DNA of 64,000 nt from the NCBI GenBank assembly GCA_019310485.1, contig JAFDEF010000004.1, positions 35,890 to 99,889 on the forward strand. Reading direction: 5' to 3'. Source of the DNA: Deltaproteobacteria bacterium. Its GTDB lineage: Bacteria; Desulfobacterota; DSM-4660; Desulfatiglandales; HGW-15. The position numbers and the translations under genes are program-made. Positions 46,376 to 55,393 of the stretch are shown here, piece by piece (the stretch's first letter is position 1; each line of letters begins with the position of its first letter). The notes beneath the pieces are model-generated. The model saw only the letters and a list, made by a program, of their open reading frames with translations. It searched no databases and was not told the origin of the DNA.

Positions 46376-48241
46376 CTAAGGATCGCGGGCGTATCCTTTA
46401 GAGGGGACCGCTAAACTCAGGTATCGCTCATTTTCCCTGAACATGAGCCTTTTATCTACCATCATGCTGAGAAAAGACAGGATCTTATCTTCGCCAAATG
46501 CAGGAAAGGCTTCCACTATGCTGCGAAGCGGCCTGTTTTGCTGACAGAAAAGATAGATCTTTCGTGAACTCCCCTTCAGGCGATGGTTTAGGTCATCCTC
46601 CCCGAGACGCCGCTCACGTATGATCAAGAAATCACCTCCGTCCTGGTAGGAGAGGATGGGTTCGCTTCTTGGCGATTGGTGAAGCTCTCTGTATTGGTTT
46701 TCCCACCTCGCGACGGCTTCTTTGACAGGCTGCCATAAGTGTTTCTGGTCTCTTATCCCTCCATGGTAGCCTTGCATCATGAGCTTCAGCTTCCTGAGAA
46801 CAGCCCCGGGAAAAAGATAGCTGTAGAAAGGATGGTTGCCCGTTCTCTTGATACCAAAGCCTTTTGGGTTGTGCCAAACCGGGCTGCCATACCCCAACCA
46901 GAAAGGAGTTGGCTTGAGGGGCTGAAACGGCATGGCGAACTCCAGGTTGGCCAGGGTATCTGCCACGTCACTTTGCTCGCTTCCAGGGAAATGGAGGATA
47001 AGGTTGGAGACAAGGCCTGGGAAACCAGGGGTCTCGCAATTCTTCATAATTTCCAGGTTCTCTATTGCCGTGGTGCCCTTGTTGAGTTTCTTGAGTAACG
47101 GGGTGCTCAAGGCTTCTATTCCCACCTGGATGTACCTCATGCCAGCGCTTGCCATGGTTGCCAGTTCTTCTCTTGACGTTGAGGCGCGCACTTCTGCAAA
47201 GAGCCGAAACTCTTTTCCCGGCGAAGCCAGTTTTTTAAAAAAGGATGTCAAGTCTTTGTTGGGCAACAGGTTATCCATGAAAGACAGGGAAAGTGTCTCG
47301 TATTTCTCAGAAAGTAACCTGATCTCTGAGAGCATTTTCTCGGGTGACTTGGCCCTGTAACCATTCCACTGGATATTAAGATTGCAGAACGCACACCCCC
47401 GCCCCTTTTTGCTTGAGTGCTTGCGCCACCAGCATCCCCTTGACATTTCAACCGGAATCTTTGGGAAAAAACGCTTTTTAGGGCTGAACGAATTAAGAAG
47501 CTGAAAGTAGTCGCTGTAGTCAGGAACAGGAAGGACATCGAGATCCGGCACCTGGGAAAATGCCTCGGAGGCTTTGCCCCTGTACCCTGCCCTGCTCATG
47601 AGCCCCGAAATGAGCCCAACTTCTTCATTCTGCCTATCGCTGAGCAAGAGTCTGCAAAGCTTTGCGAGCGGCACTTCTCCTTCGCCGCTAACTGCGAAAT
47701 CGATTTCAGGAAAAGTGTTCAGCAGGCTGAGCCCCATTTCTCCTGAGCATGCAGAACCGCCAACTACAATTTTCAGATCAGGTGCTCTTTGCTTTATCTC
47801 GTGGATGAAGAAAAGAGTGCTGGTGAGCTGGCTGAAGTTTATTGAAAAACCAGCGACATGGTATGCTGCCCAGTCCTTTTCATCCACAATGGTGTCTGTT
47901 ACGCTTTTAAGCGTTTGACATACCTTTTCCAGTCTGATTTCTCTATCTTGAAAAACACCCCTTGCATGCCGGCTCCAGAAGCGACTTATGGTATCCAGCC
48001 TTTCAGGATAAAGCAGTGCAGCATAGGGTGCCTCTGAAAGCCATGATCTTTCCGATATTTGTGCATAAAGCCCGTAGCCAAGGGCCGCCGCCACCTGAAG
48101 GTAAACATGATGGGTATCCACCTCTGCCTTGGGCACCTCCCGGCCAAGATATGCCTTAAGTGCTCCAAGTTGAATGGAAGGCCTGTTAAAAAGGGGCCAT
48201 GGTGTGGAGATAAGTGCTATTCGAAGACCCACGTGGTTCAC
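46376..48241 (-). CDS. B12-binding-domain radical SAM enzyme, resembles the RiPP-maturation radical SAM C-methyltransferase family
   Basis: 621 aa with a GTG start. N-terminal RIALISTPWPLFNRPSIQLGALKAYL and KIVVGGSACSG form the B12-like domain. The only cluster-type motif is SRGCWWRKHSSKKGRGCAFCNL (C-x12-C-x2-C). A C-terminal winged-helix-like tail is present. Family assignment is from memory of TIGR03975-like proteins. Confidence 0.7.
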   Translation of the reverse strand: MNHVGLRIALISTPWPLFNRPSIQLGALKAYLGREVPKAEVDTHHVYLQVAAALGYGLYAQISERSWLSEAPYAALLYPERLDTISRFWSRHARGVFQDREIRLEKVCQTLKSVTDTIVDEKDWAAYHVAGFSINFSQLTSTLFFIHEIKQRAPDLKIVVGGSACSGEMGLSLLNTFPEIDFAVSGEGEVPLAKLCRLLLSDRQNEEVGLISGLMSRAGYRGKASEAFSQVPDLDVLPVPDYSDYFQLLNSFSPKKRFFPKIPVEMSRGCWWRKHSSKKGRGCAFCNLNIQWNGYRAKSPEKMLSEIRLLSEKYETLSLSFMDNLLPNKDLTSFFKKLASPGKEFRLFAEVRASTSREELATMASAGMRYIQVGIEALSTPLLKKLNKGTTAIENLEIMKNCETPGFPGLVSNLILHFPGSEQSDVADTLANLEFAMPFQPLKPTPFWLGYGSPVWHNPKGFGIKRTGNHPFYSYLFPGAVLRKLKLMMQGYHGGIRDQKHLWQPVKEAVARWENQYRELHQSPRSEPILSYQDGGDFLIIRERRLGEDDLNHRLKGSSRKIYLFCQQNRPLRSIVEAFPAFGEDKILSFLSMMVDKRLMFRENERYLSLAVPSKGYARDP

Positions 48242-48348
48242 TTATTTTCTGGCAGTGTTTTCTTGTCCTTAAGGGGCACAGTTTTTGTCGCCAGATCCTT
48301 TGCATGTTTATAGTTAATAAGACGCTGGAGCATAATTTTTGGGGCCAT
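48238..48348 (-). CDS. Candidate 36-codon ORF translationally coupled to the radical SAM gene (possible precursor/partner peptide)
   Basis: Own translation: MAPKIMLQRLINYKHAKDLATKTVPLKDKKTLPENK. Its TGA overlaps the GTG start of the radical SAM gene (GTGA). No convincing SD. An overlapping alternative 18-codon ORF, MARALTCYGPKNYAPASY, lies at 48314..48370. Confidence 0.25.
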   Translation of the reverse strand: MAPKIMLQRLINYKHAKDLATKTVPLKDKKTLPENK

Positions 48349-48514
48349 AACAGGTCAGGGCCCGAGCCATGTCCCCACCCCGAGCATACCCGATAGTCCG
48401 CTTCTGCAAGAGCTTTTACACCCTGAAGCAGCGCGGCCAGTTCATGGCTGGCACAGGCACCGCTCTATTGTGCAGATCATTTAATCTCAATTAATAGGGT
48501 GTCAAGTTTTTTGT

Positions 48515-48569
48515 GAGCTTTTTGACACCGCGTTTGATGCAGCGTGCAAAATTCCAGGTGAGTCTACTC
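48515..48569 (+). repeat. Dispersed short repeat, diverged copy 3 (overlaps the LysM gene stop codon)
   Basis: gagctttttgacaccgcgtttgatgcagcGTGCAAAATTCCAggtgagtctactc is collinear with copy 1, about 70% identical by eye. A bulged hairpin sits at the equivalent position. Confidence 0.55.
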
Positions 48570-50345
48570 GATTGTCTGAGGGGAAGGACTAAGGCTCAGG
48601 ACATGGTAGCTTTTTTGTGACAGAAATCCGGCCACACCCTCGGGCAAGTCGAGCTTGGTTGCAAAGATATCCTCGCCCCGGGAGTCTCGGAACGTGATTC
48701 CGGAGATCCTTAGCGTAATGTTCCTAGATGCTTCCCTGTTTGCAGCAAGAAATACGTGTGGGTCTGCATCAAAAGGTACCCCCAGAAAAGTTAAGATCTT
48801 GAATAATATCAACAAAGGATTCTTTTCTCCGGCAAGAGCCAGAACATAAAAGCCGTGATCCTTTAAAAGTGAGGTGATTTCCTGACCGAGGCCCGAAATA
48901 TCAACGATGCTTTCTCTGCCCCCAATTCTAAGGAAGAAGTCAGCCCTCACAATCAGGTTATAGTCCCTTTTTTGATCCCTGTAGATTGGTATTTCCACGT
49001 CCTTGTTATATGACTGGCCGACAAGACTTAACACGTTTTCAACAAGTTCCCTTACGCCGGCTCCTGGTTTGATCAAATCCACTTTAAAGGAAGCTTGGGT
49101 CGGCGATTCGTTTTTTGGTGGGGGGTATTCAACGACCTTTATCCCGGAAGCTGCCAGAAAGTTCTTTACTCCATCCGGAGTCTTTCCTTCTCCTGGTTTA
49201 AGGAGCGTGAGTGAAACAGTCTCCTCTTCCTTGCCTGAGAGCGATGAAGGGCGCTTGAAAATCCAATCAGCCGTTATTTTCACCGGAATATCCCCCTCCA
49301 GTTCCAGGGGCTCTTCACTCGTGCTTACCTGGCGATACTCACAAAGGGGAAGAACTTCATCCAGCGCATCCCTCAGGTCTTCGTTTTTGCTGAGATGGAC
49401 GATCCGGTAGTTTTTCCAGCTTGAGGTGATCAGGTCGCTCATTCTTTCAGGCAGAGCATTTGACAGATCTACAATCACTCGGATGCCGCTTGACAGGTTA
49501 AGTACCGGGAAAGAATCAGCTTTTAGTCTTATTTGGCCTCCGGATTTCAAGGGAATGAAATGCTCACCTGAGTCCACCCATTCTTCTCCAACCATGGAGA
49601 ACACTTCTCCGAGCTGATGCCTCAGAGATTCCAGAGTTTGGCTCAGCACTTTGCCTTCAGGTTTGATGGTTTTCTTGGGCTTAACAGGGAGCCTAACTAC
49701 CTGGGGAGAATAAATAGGAAGCCGTACAACCTGACCCGGGTGGATAAGGTTAATATCTTCTATGTTGGGATTCAGCTTTGCAAGCAGGGCCAGGTACTCG
49801 TCTGTAATTTTTTCCGGGGGCATTTTGTACTTCTCAAGGACCACCTTTGTCAGGCTGTCTCCCTTCTTGACAGTGTAGTTTTCAAGCTTCACATTTTTCA
49901 GCTCTTCAAGACTGGTAATGGCCTCGGGAGCCTTTTGAGTCGCGGTCGGCACTCCTTTGATAGGCGCAATTGTCAGTGGAATCAGGATCTTTTCACCCGG
50001 ATAGATGAGATCGAGATTGGTGAGAGACTTGTTGAGCCTTTTTAGAACAGCCAAGAGTTCGGCAAGATTTCGCTTTTGGAGCAGCCCTCTTTCCCTGAAA
50101 AGCTGCCAGATGCGATCCCCTTTCTGAACAGTGTAAAGCTCTGTCAGTACCTTCTTGTTGTCAACCTTCTGTATTCTTTTGTCCGCCTCGGCTTCTTTCA
50201 CCAGCGAGATAGAATAAGTCTGTTCCTGATTTTCTGTTTCCGCGGAAAGGATATTATCTGGCACGAGGAAATGGAGAAGAAGTACGAGAACGAAACAGAA
50301 AACGATGTTTTTCAGTTTGTATTTCAATTTTTTCCTGGCGGACAA
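48564..50345 (-). CDS. Membrane-anchored/secreted protein with two LysM domains and a large uncharacterised C-terminal region
   Basis: 593 aa with a TTG start. N-terminal hydrophobic anchor IVFCFVLVLLLHFLV. LysM motifs YTVQKGDRIWQLF...IYPGEKILIP and YTVKKGDSLTKVV...IHPGQVVRLP. Confidence 0.75.
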   Translation of the reverse strand: MSARKKLKYKLKNIVFCFVLVLLLHFLVPDNILSAETENQEQTYSISLVKEAEADKRIQKVDNKKVLTELYTVQKGDRIWQLFRERGLLQKRNLAELLAVLKRLNKSLTNLDLIYPGEKILIPLTIAPIKGVPTATQKAPEAITSLEELKNVKLENYTVKKGDSLTKVVLEKYKMPPEKITDEYLALLAKLNPNIEDINLIHPGQVVRLPIYSPQVVRLPVKPKKTIKPEGKVLSQTLESLRHQLGEVFSMVGEEWVDSGEHFIPLKSGGQIRLKADSFPVLNLSSGIRVIVDLSNALPERMSDLITSSWKNYRIVHLSKNEDLRDALDEVLPLCEYRQVSTSEEPLELEGDIPVKITADWIFKRPSSLSGKEEETVSLTLLKPGEGKTPDGVKNFLAASGIKVVEYPPPKNESPTQASFKVDLIKPGAGVRELVENVLSLVGQSYNKDVEIPIYRDQKRDYNLIVRADFFLRIGGRESIVDISGLGQEITSLLKDHGFYVLALAGEKNPLLILFKILTFLGVPFDADPHVFLAANREASRNITLRISGITFRDSRGEDIFATKLDLPEGVAGFLSQKSYHVLSLSPSPQTIE

Positions 50346-50658
50346 AATAATTTAGGTTATTTTAAATAGCTAATCAAAATAATGTCAATATTTTTCTAAA
50401 TTGTAACTATCCACTTTACCAGAAACGCTCAGTTATATCTTTAGAGCTAACTCCTTGTAATTTAAAGTGATTCTCTTGGGGCTTCTTTTTTGGAGCTATT
50501 GGCGATCTCGGGGAATCCTTCTAAGATAGTACCAGATATTGGCAGGCGTGAACCTTGAGAACACATCATATAGTATTTATTCTTTACAAACAGGTGAGAA
50601 TCTGGTACAAATTCAATGATCTACTTGTTCTCAGAAAGCCTCAGGAGGGGAGGTTTCC

Positions 50659-53600
50659 ATGAACATCAAGAAAGTCAGCATGCTGGGGTTCAAGTCGTTT
50701 ATGGAACGGCTTGAGATTCATTTTCCGGCAGGAATCAGTGCTATTGTAGGTCCAAACGGGTGCGGAAAGAGCAATATTGTAGACGCCATCAGGTGGGCCA
50801 TGGGAGAGCAAAGCGCCAAGTTATTAAGGGGTAGGTGCATGGAAGATGTGATCTTCAATGGTTCCAACACGCACAAGCCCTTTGGTATGGCAGAAGTCTC
50901 CATTGTTTTTGAGAATGGCAATGGCTCTTTTCCTCAGCAATTCGCAAATGAGACCGAGGTTTCTGTTACAAGGCGTCTGTACCGCTCAGGAGAAAGCGAG
51001 TATTTGATCAACGGTGTTCCCTGCAGGCTGAAAGATATTCAGGAAATGTTCATGGACACCGGTCTTGGAAACAGGGCTTACTCAATTATCGGTCAGGGTC
51101 AGATTACCTCGATCATAGAGCAAAAACCCGAAGACACCCGGGCTATGCTTGAAGAAGCTGCAGGTGTGACCAAGTACAAGAAAAAGGTTGAAGAATCCCG
51201 CAGAAAGATAGAAGCAACGAAAGCAAATCTTCAGCGTCTTGAAGACATACTGGCAGAAGTTCAAAGACAAATGAGGTCGCTTAAAAGACAGGCCGCTAAG
51301 GCCAGGCGCTACAAGGCCATTGGAAAGGAAATTAAGCGGCTTGAGCTGATAATTCACAGCAACACTTATCATGAGCTCAAGAAGGAGTCAGGTTACAGAA
51401 TCAAATCCACTGAAGATCTTGTTAATGAAGAGATATCACGTGCCACTGAAATTTCTAAGATCCAGGCTCTCATTGAGAACATGAACCTGGAGCTCGAAGA
51501 AAGAGACAGAAAACTTTCCCTGCTAAGACAGGACTATCTCCGGGCCAAGGAAAAGCTAGGGAAAAAAGAGACTGCCCTGGAATCAATGGCAGCGGAAAAA
51601 AGGATGCAGGAACAACTGGAGAAGCGTCTTGAGAAGGAGAAAGAGGAACTCCGAGAAAGGGTTAAAGAGCTCGAGAAAGAAAAAGAAGAGCTTTTGGGGA
51701 AAATTGAGGAAGCCAAGAAGGCTGCAAGCGCTCTCGAAGGGGAGGTAGAGCTTCAGGCAACAAGGGTCAAGAACAGGCAAGAATTACTAAAGCAGGTAAG
51801 AGAAGCATACGATGAGGCTAGAAACAGAGTCAACTCAGGGGCTTCCAGGGAAAGCAGCCTGGCTCAGGAATCAAGCTACCTCAGCAAGAGAATCCAAGAG
51901 ATTACGGACAGCAAGTCCAGACTTGAGAGAGAAAGAGAAGGGGTTCGGCTGAAAATTGGGAGAATCCTGCAGGCTTCGGAAAGAGCGCGAGATCTGAGGG
52001 AAGCACTTGCCCGGAATTTTGAGGAAATAGAAGAGCGCATTGTGCATGAAAACGAGACCATGAATACTCTTGCAGAACGCCTGGAGGAGCTTCAAGCAGA
52101 ATTCAAGAGTATAGAAGCACAGCTAAATACAGATCAGACAAGACTGGCCAGCCTGCATTCGTTGATAGAAAACTTTGAAGGATATAAAACCGGGGTCCGG
52201 GCAATTATGAAAGCCAATGACCTGGAGCCCAAGCGGACAGGACGAATTATGGGGCTGGTGGCTGATATCATAGATGTTGATCCCAAATACGAGCTGGCAG
52301 TTGAAGCTGTACTGGCCGATAAGCTCCAATATGTAATTGTGGAAACCCAGGAGGACGGCAAAGAGGCAATTGACTACCTGAAGCTCCGAGCCAGAGGGAG
52401 AAGCAGTTTTGTTCCCGTCAAAGACATTAATTGCGCTAATGGTGCCGGCAGTCAGAACGGTTTTCCTCTTTTGAAAGATTTTGTGAGAGTGAAAAGCCCT
52501 TACAGGCCCCTGGTTGACGTTCTTTTGGGTAATGCAGCGGTTGTTGAAGATCTGAGCAAGGCCATTTCTGCATGGGCTGAAAACGGGAAGGACCAGTGCC
52601 TTGTTACCCCCGAAGGAGATATTGTGGAAAAGAGCGGTATTCTGAGCGGTGGGAAGGTGGCTCATACATCGCATGGAATTCTGGCAAGAAAAAGGGAGAT
52701 CAAACATCTTCAAGAAAAGGTGTCCCGGCAAAAGACAGAAATGGAGGAGCTGAAACAAAAGCTTGAAGCTCTGAGTGCCGAAAAGGAAAAAGTGAAAGAA
52801 AAGCTGGAAAGTCTTGTGGATGAGAAATTTGAGTGCCAGGAAAAGATTAATGATGTTGACAAACGTAACTTTCAGCTGGGGCATGAAATTGACCAACTCG
52901 AAAAGCTTTCTGAGAGGATATCACAGGAAATTAAACAAAAGGAAAAAGAGCATAAAAGGCAGGCAGAGGCGCTGAACAAAGTGGAATCAGAGCTGGTTCT
53001 GTGTCAGGAAAGGAAAAAGCAAGAAGAAATCTATCTTCGCGAAAAAGAGACTGAGCTTAAGGAAACGGAAAAAGAATTTGAACAATACCGCGGTGAGCTT
53101 GCAAAACTTGAAATGGATCTCGGCCTTCTAAGGGAGGGGCGGAGAGGTCTGCTGAGGGAAGTTGAAAGGATTGAGGATTTTGGAAGAGAGGCTCAAAAGC
53201 GATCCAGGAGAATAGATGAAGACATTGTGAGGACAAGGGAAAAACAGCAATACTATGTAATGCAAAAGGAGAGCATGGAAGAGGAATTGGAAGAGTTGCG
53301 CGACAGGTTGCTTCGCTCTGAGAAGACGTTGAGTATGGCTGACCAAGAACGCAACGAATTCCGCAACAAAATCCTCGAAAAGGAAAGGCAGACCGATGCG
53401 CTCCGAAAGGAGTTGGAATCCCTAAGGGAAGAGATCCACAATGCAAAGATGGAACAATCAGAGATAAGTTTCAAAATGGATGGTCTGGTTGAAATAGTGA
53501 AGGAGAAATACAACGAAGACCTGGCTCAAATATACAAGGATTACCTGGTGGAGGATTTTTCAGCCCCTGACGCCAAGGAGAAGCTTGAACACCAGAGGAG

Positions 53601-54222
53601 GTTAAGAGAAAAGCTCGGTGAAGTAAACTTAACTGCAATCCAGGAGCACGAAGCATTGAAAGAGAGACACGCATTCATCACCGAGCAGAGGCAAGACCTG
53701 CTGGATTCGATTGATTCACTTAACGAGGCAATCAGAAAGATTAACAAAACCTCTCTTGAAAAATTTATGGACACCTTCAGGAAAGTTGACGAGAAGCTCA
53801 AGGTGGTCTTCCCAATTCTTTTTAACGGCGGCACGGCTGGACTAAAACTAATGGATGAGTCAAGGCCCCTCGAGAGCGGGGTGTTGGTCCAGGTGCAACC
53901 TCCTGGCAAGCGCCTGAGCCATATGGGACTGCTCTCAGGGGGGGAAAAGGCTCTGGTGGCAATGGCGCTTCTCTTCGCCATTTACCTGATAAAGCCAAGC
54001 CCGTTCTGTCTGCTCGATGAAGTTGATGCCCCTCTTGACGATGCCAATATTGATCGATTTAACGAACTGCTCAAAGAGATAAAGAAGTACTCCCAGATTA
54101 TCCTAATTACCCACAACAGGCGCTCTATGGAAATCGTAGACAGGCTGTTCGGGGTGACGATGGAGAAGAAGGGAGTGTCGAAAATGGTATCCGTCAATCT
54201 TGAGGGAGTCAGAAACAACTAA
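50659..54222 (+). CDS. smc: Chromosome segregation protein SMC
   Basis: 1187 aa. FKSF...GPNGCGKSNIVDAIRWAMGE, long coiled coils, a hinge, and C-terminal LSGGEKALVAMALLFAIY...LDEVDAPLD. Confidence 0.95.
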   Translation: MNIKKVSMLGFKSFMERLEIHFPAGISAIVGPNGCGKSNIVDAIRWAMGEQSAKLLRGRCMEDVIFNGSNTHKPFGMAEVSIVFENGNGSFPQQFANETEVSVTRRLYRSGESEYLINGVPCRLKDIQEMFMDTGLGNRAYSIIGQGQITSIIEQKPEDTRAMLEEAAGVTKYKKKVEESRRKIEATKANLQRLEDILAEVQRQMRSLKRQAAKARRYKAIGKEIKRLELIIHSNTYHELKKESGYRIKSTEDLVNEEISRATEISKIQALIENMNLELEERDRKLSLLRQDYLRAKEKLGKKETALESMAAEKRMQEQLEKRLEKEKEELRERVKELEKEKEELLGKIEEAKKAASALEGEVELQATRVKNRQELLKQVREAYDEARNRVNSGASRESSLAQESSYLSKRIQEITDSKSRLEREREGVRLKIGRILQASERARDLREALARNFEEIEERIVHENETMNTLAERLEELQAEFKSIEAQLNTDQTRLASLHSLIENFEGYKTGVRAIMKANDLEPKRTGRIMGLVADIIDVDPKYELAVEAVLADKLQYVIVETQEDGKEAIDYLKLRARGRSSFVPVKDINCANGAGSQNGFPLLKDFVRVKSPYRPLVDVLLGNAAVVEDLSKAISAWAENGKDQCLVTPEGDIVEKSGILSGGKVAHTSHGILARKREIKHLQEKVSRQKTEMEELKQKLEALSAEKEKVKEKLESLVDEKFECQEKINDVDKRNFQLGHEIDQLEKLSERISQEIKQKEKEHKRQAEALNKVESELVLCQERKKQEEIYLREKETELKETEKEFEQYRGELAKLEMDLGLLREGRRGLLREVERIEDFGREAQKRSRRIDEDIVRTREKQQYYVMQKESMEEELEELRDRLLRSEKTLSMADQERNEFRNKILEKERQTDALRKELESLREEIHNAKMEQSEISFKMDGLVEIVKEKYNEDLAQIYKDYLVEDFSAPDAKEKLEHQRRLREKLGEVNLTAIQEHEALKERHAFITEQRQDLLDSIDSLNEAIRKINKTSLEKFMDTFRKVDEKLKVVFPILFNGGTAGLKLMDESRPLESGVLVQVQPPGKRLSHMGLLSGGEKALVAMALLFAIYLIKPSPFCLLDEVDAPLDDANIDRFNELLKEIKKYSQIILITHNRRSMEIVDRLFGVTMEKKGVSKMVSVNLEGVRNN

Positions 54223-54404
54223 CACATTTTCCTTCCATGAATGCTTCTTTTCATCATGTGTGCATCTGCTTGTGCCACGGATCCACCTAAGCTCCTGATT
54301 TGCTAACTGCTGCGAAAAATTTCTAATCTCTGAAGATAGAACTTGCCATTGCCCAGCAACTGCTTATATATGGTAGCAACTTGGCAGTTGATGGAGAGAT
54401 GGAG

Positions 54405-55367
54405 ATGGTTAGGTTTTTTCGCAGAAAAGAGAAAAAGGTTGAAAAAGGAGACAATAACTTTCTCACAAGATTAAAGCAGGGCCTTTCCAAAACGCGGTCT
54501 GGATTTGCAGGAAGGTTGGACCGCACTCTTTTCGGCAAAAAGGAAATAAATGCTGAAATGCTGGAGGAACTTGAAGAGATTCTTTTCACCTCTGATCTCG
54601 GTGTTTCCACCACACAGGCGCTGATAGAGATCGTTCAACAGGGAGTTGAGAGAAAAGAGCTCAACAGCCCGGAAAAGCTCAGAGAAGCCTTGAAAGAACA
54701 TATTCTCTCTTTTCTCGGGGTGCCTGATGTAGACCACGGAGCCCCTGCCCCGGGAGAACCGCTGGTTATTATGGTTATCGGGGTAAACGGGGTCGGGAAG
54801 ACCACAACCATAGGAAAGGTGGCACACCAGTTTCGGCAAGAGGGCAAAAAGGTGATGCTTGTCGCGGCAGATACCTTCAGGGCTGCTGCTATCGAACAGC
54901 TCCAGATTTGGGGGGAAAGAGTTGATGCTGAGGTTATCAAGCAGAAGCAAGGGGCTGATCCTTCAGCGGTTGTTTTCGACGCCCTTTCTGCTGCCCTGGC
55001 CAGGCAAGTAGATGTTGTAATTATTGATACGGCAGGAAGACTTCACACAAAGACTAACCTCATGGACGAACTCGAAAAAATATCCCGTATCGCGGGGCGC
55101 AAGGTCCAGGGGGCGCCTCACGATGTTTGGCTGGTTCTGGATGCAACCACAGGCCAGAATGCCATTTCACAGGCTGAAATGTTTCACAAGGCTCTGGGAG
55201 TTACAGGTATTATTCTAACCAAGCTGGATGGAACGGCAAAAGGTGGTATTGTGGTTGGCATCTCCCACCAGCTAAAACTGCCCATAAAGTTTATCGGTAT
55301 CGGGGAAAAAATTGATGACCTGCGGCCTTTTAATGCCGGGGATTTTGTAGAAGCGATTTTCGGCTGA
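54405..55367 (+). CDS. ftsY: Signal recognition particle receptor FtsY
   Basis: GVNGVGKTTTIGK, DTAGRLH, TKLDGTAKGG. The start is ATG at 54405, 6 nt after GGAGAG; 54399 and 54381 are alternatives. Confidence 0.93.
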   Translation: MVRFFRRKEKKVEKGDNNFLTRLKQGLSKTRSGFAGRLDRTLFGKKEINAEMLEELEEILFTSDLGVSTTQALIEIVQQGVERKELNSPEKLREALKEHILSFLGVPDVDHGAPAPGEPLVIMVIGVNGVGKTTTIGKVAHQFRQEGKKVMLVAADTFRAAAIEQLQIWGERVDAEVIKQKQGADPSAVVFDALSAALARQVDVVIIDTAGRLHTKTNLMDELEKISRIAGRKVQGAPHDVWLVLDATTGQNAISQAEMFHKALGVTGIILTKLDGTAKGGIVVGISHQLKLPIKFIGIGEKIDDLRPFNAGDFVEAIFG

Positions 55368-55385
55368 GGCCAAGTCCTCAGCTTT
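55363..55385. terminator. Hairpin between convergent ftsY and glmM (terminator candidate)
   Basis: GCTGAGG ccaagt CCTCAGC followed by TTT. It overlaps the ftsY stop codon. Confidence 0.35.
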
Positions 55386-55393
55386 AGGCATAC

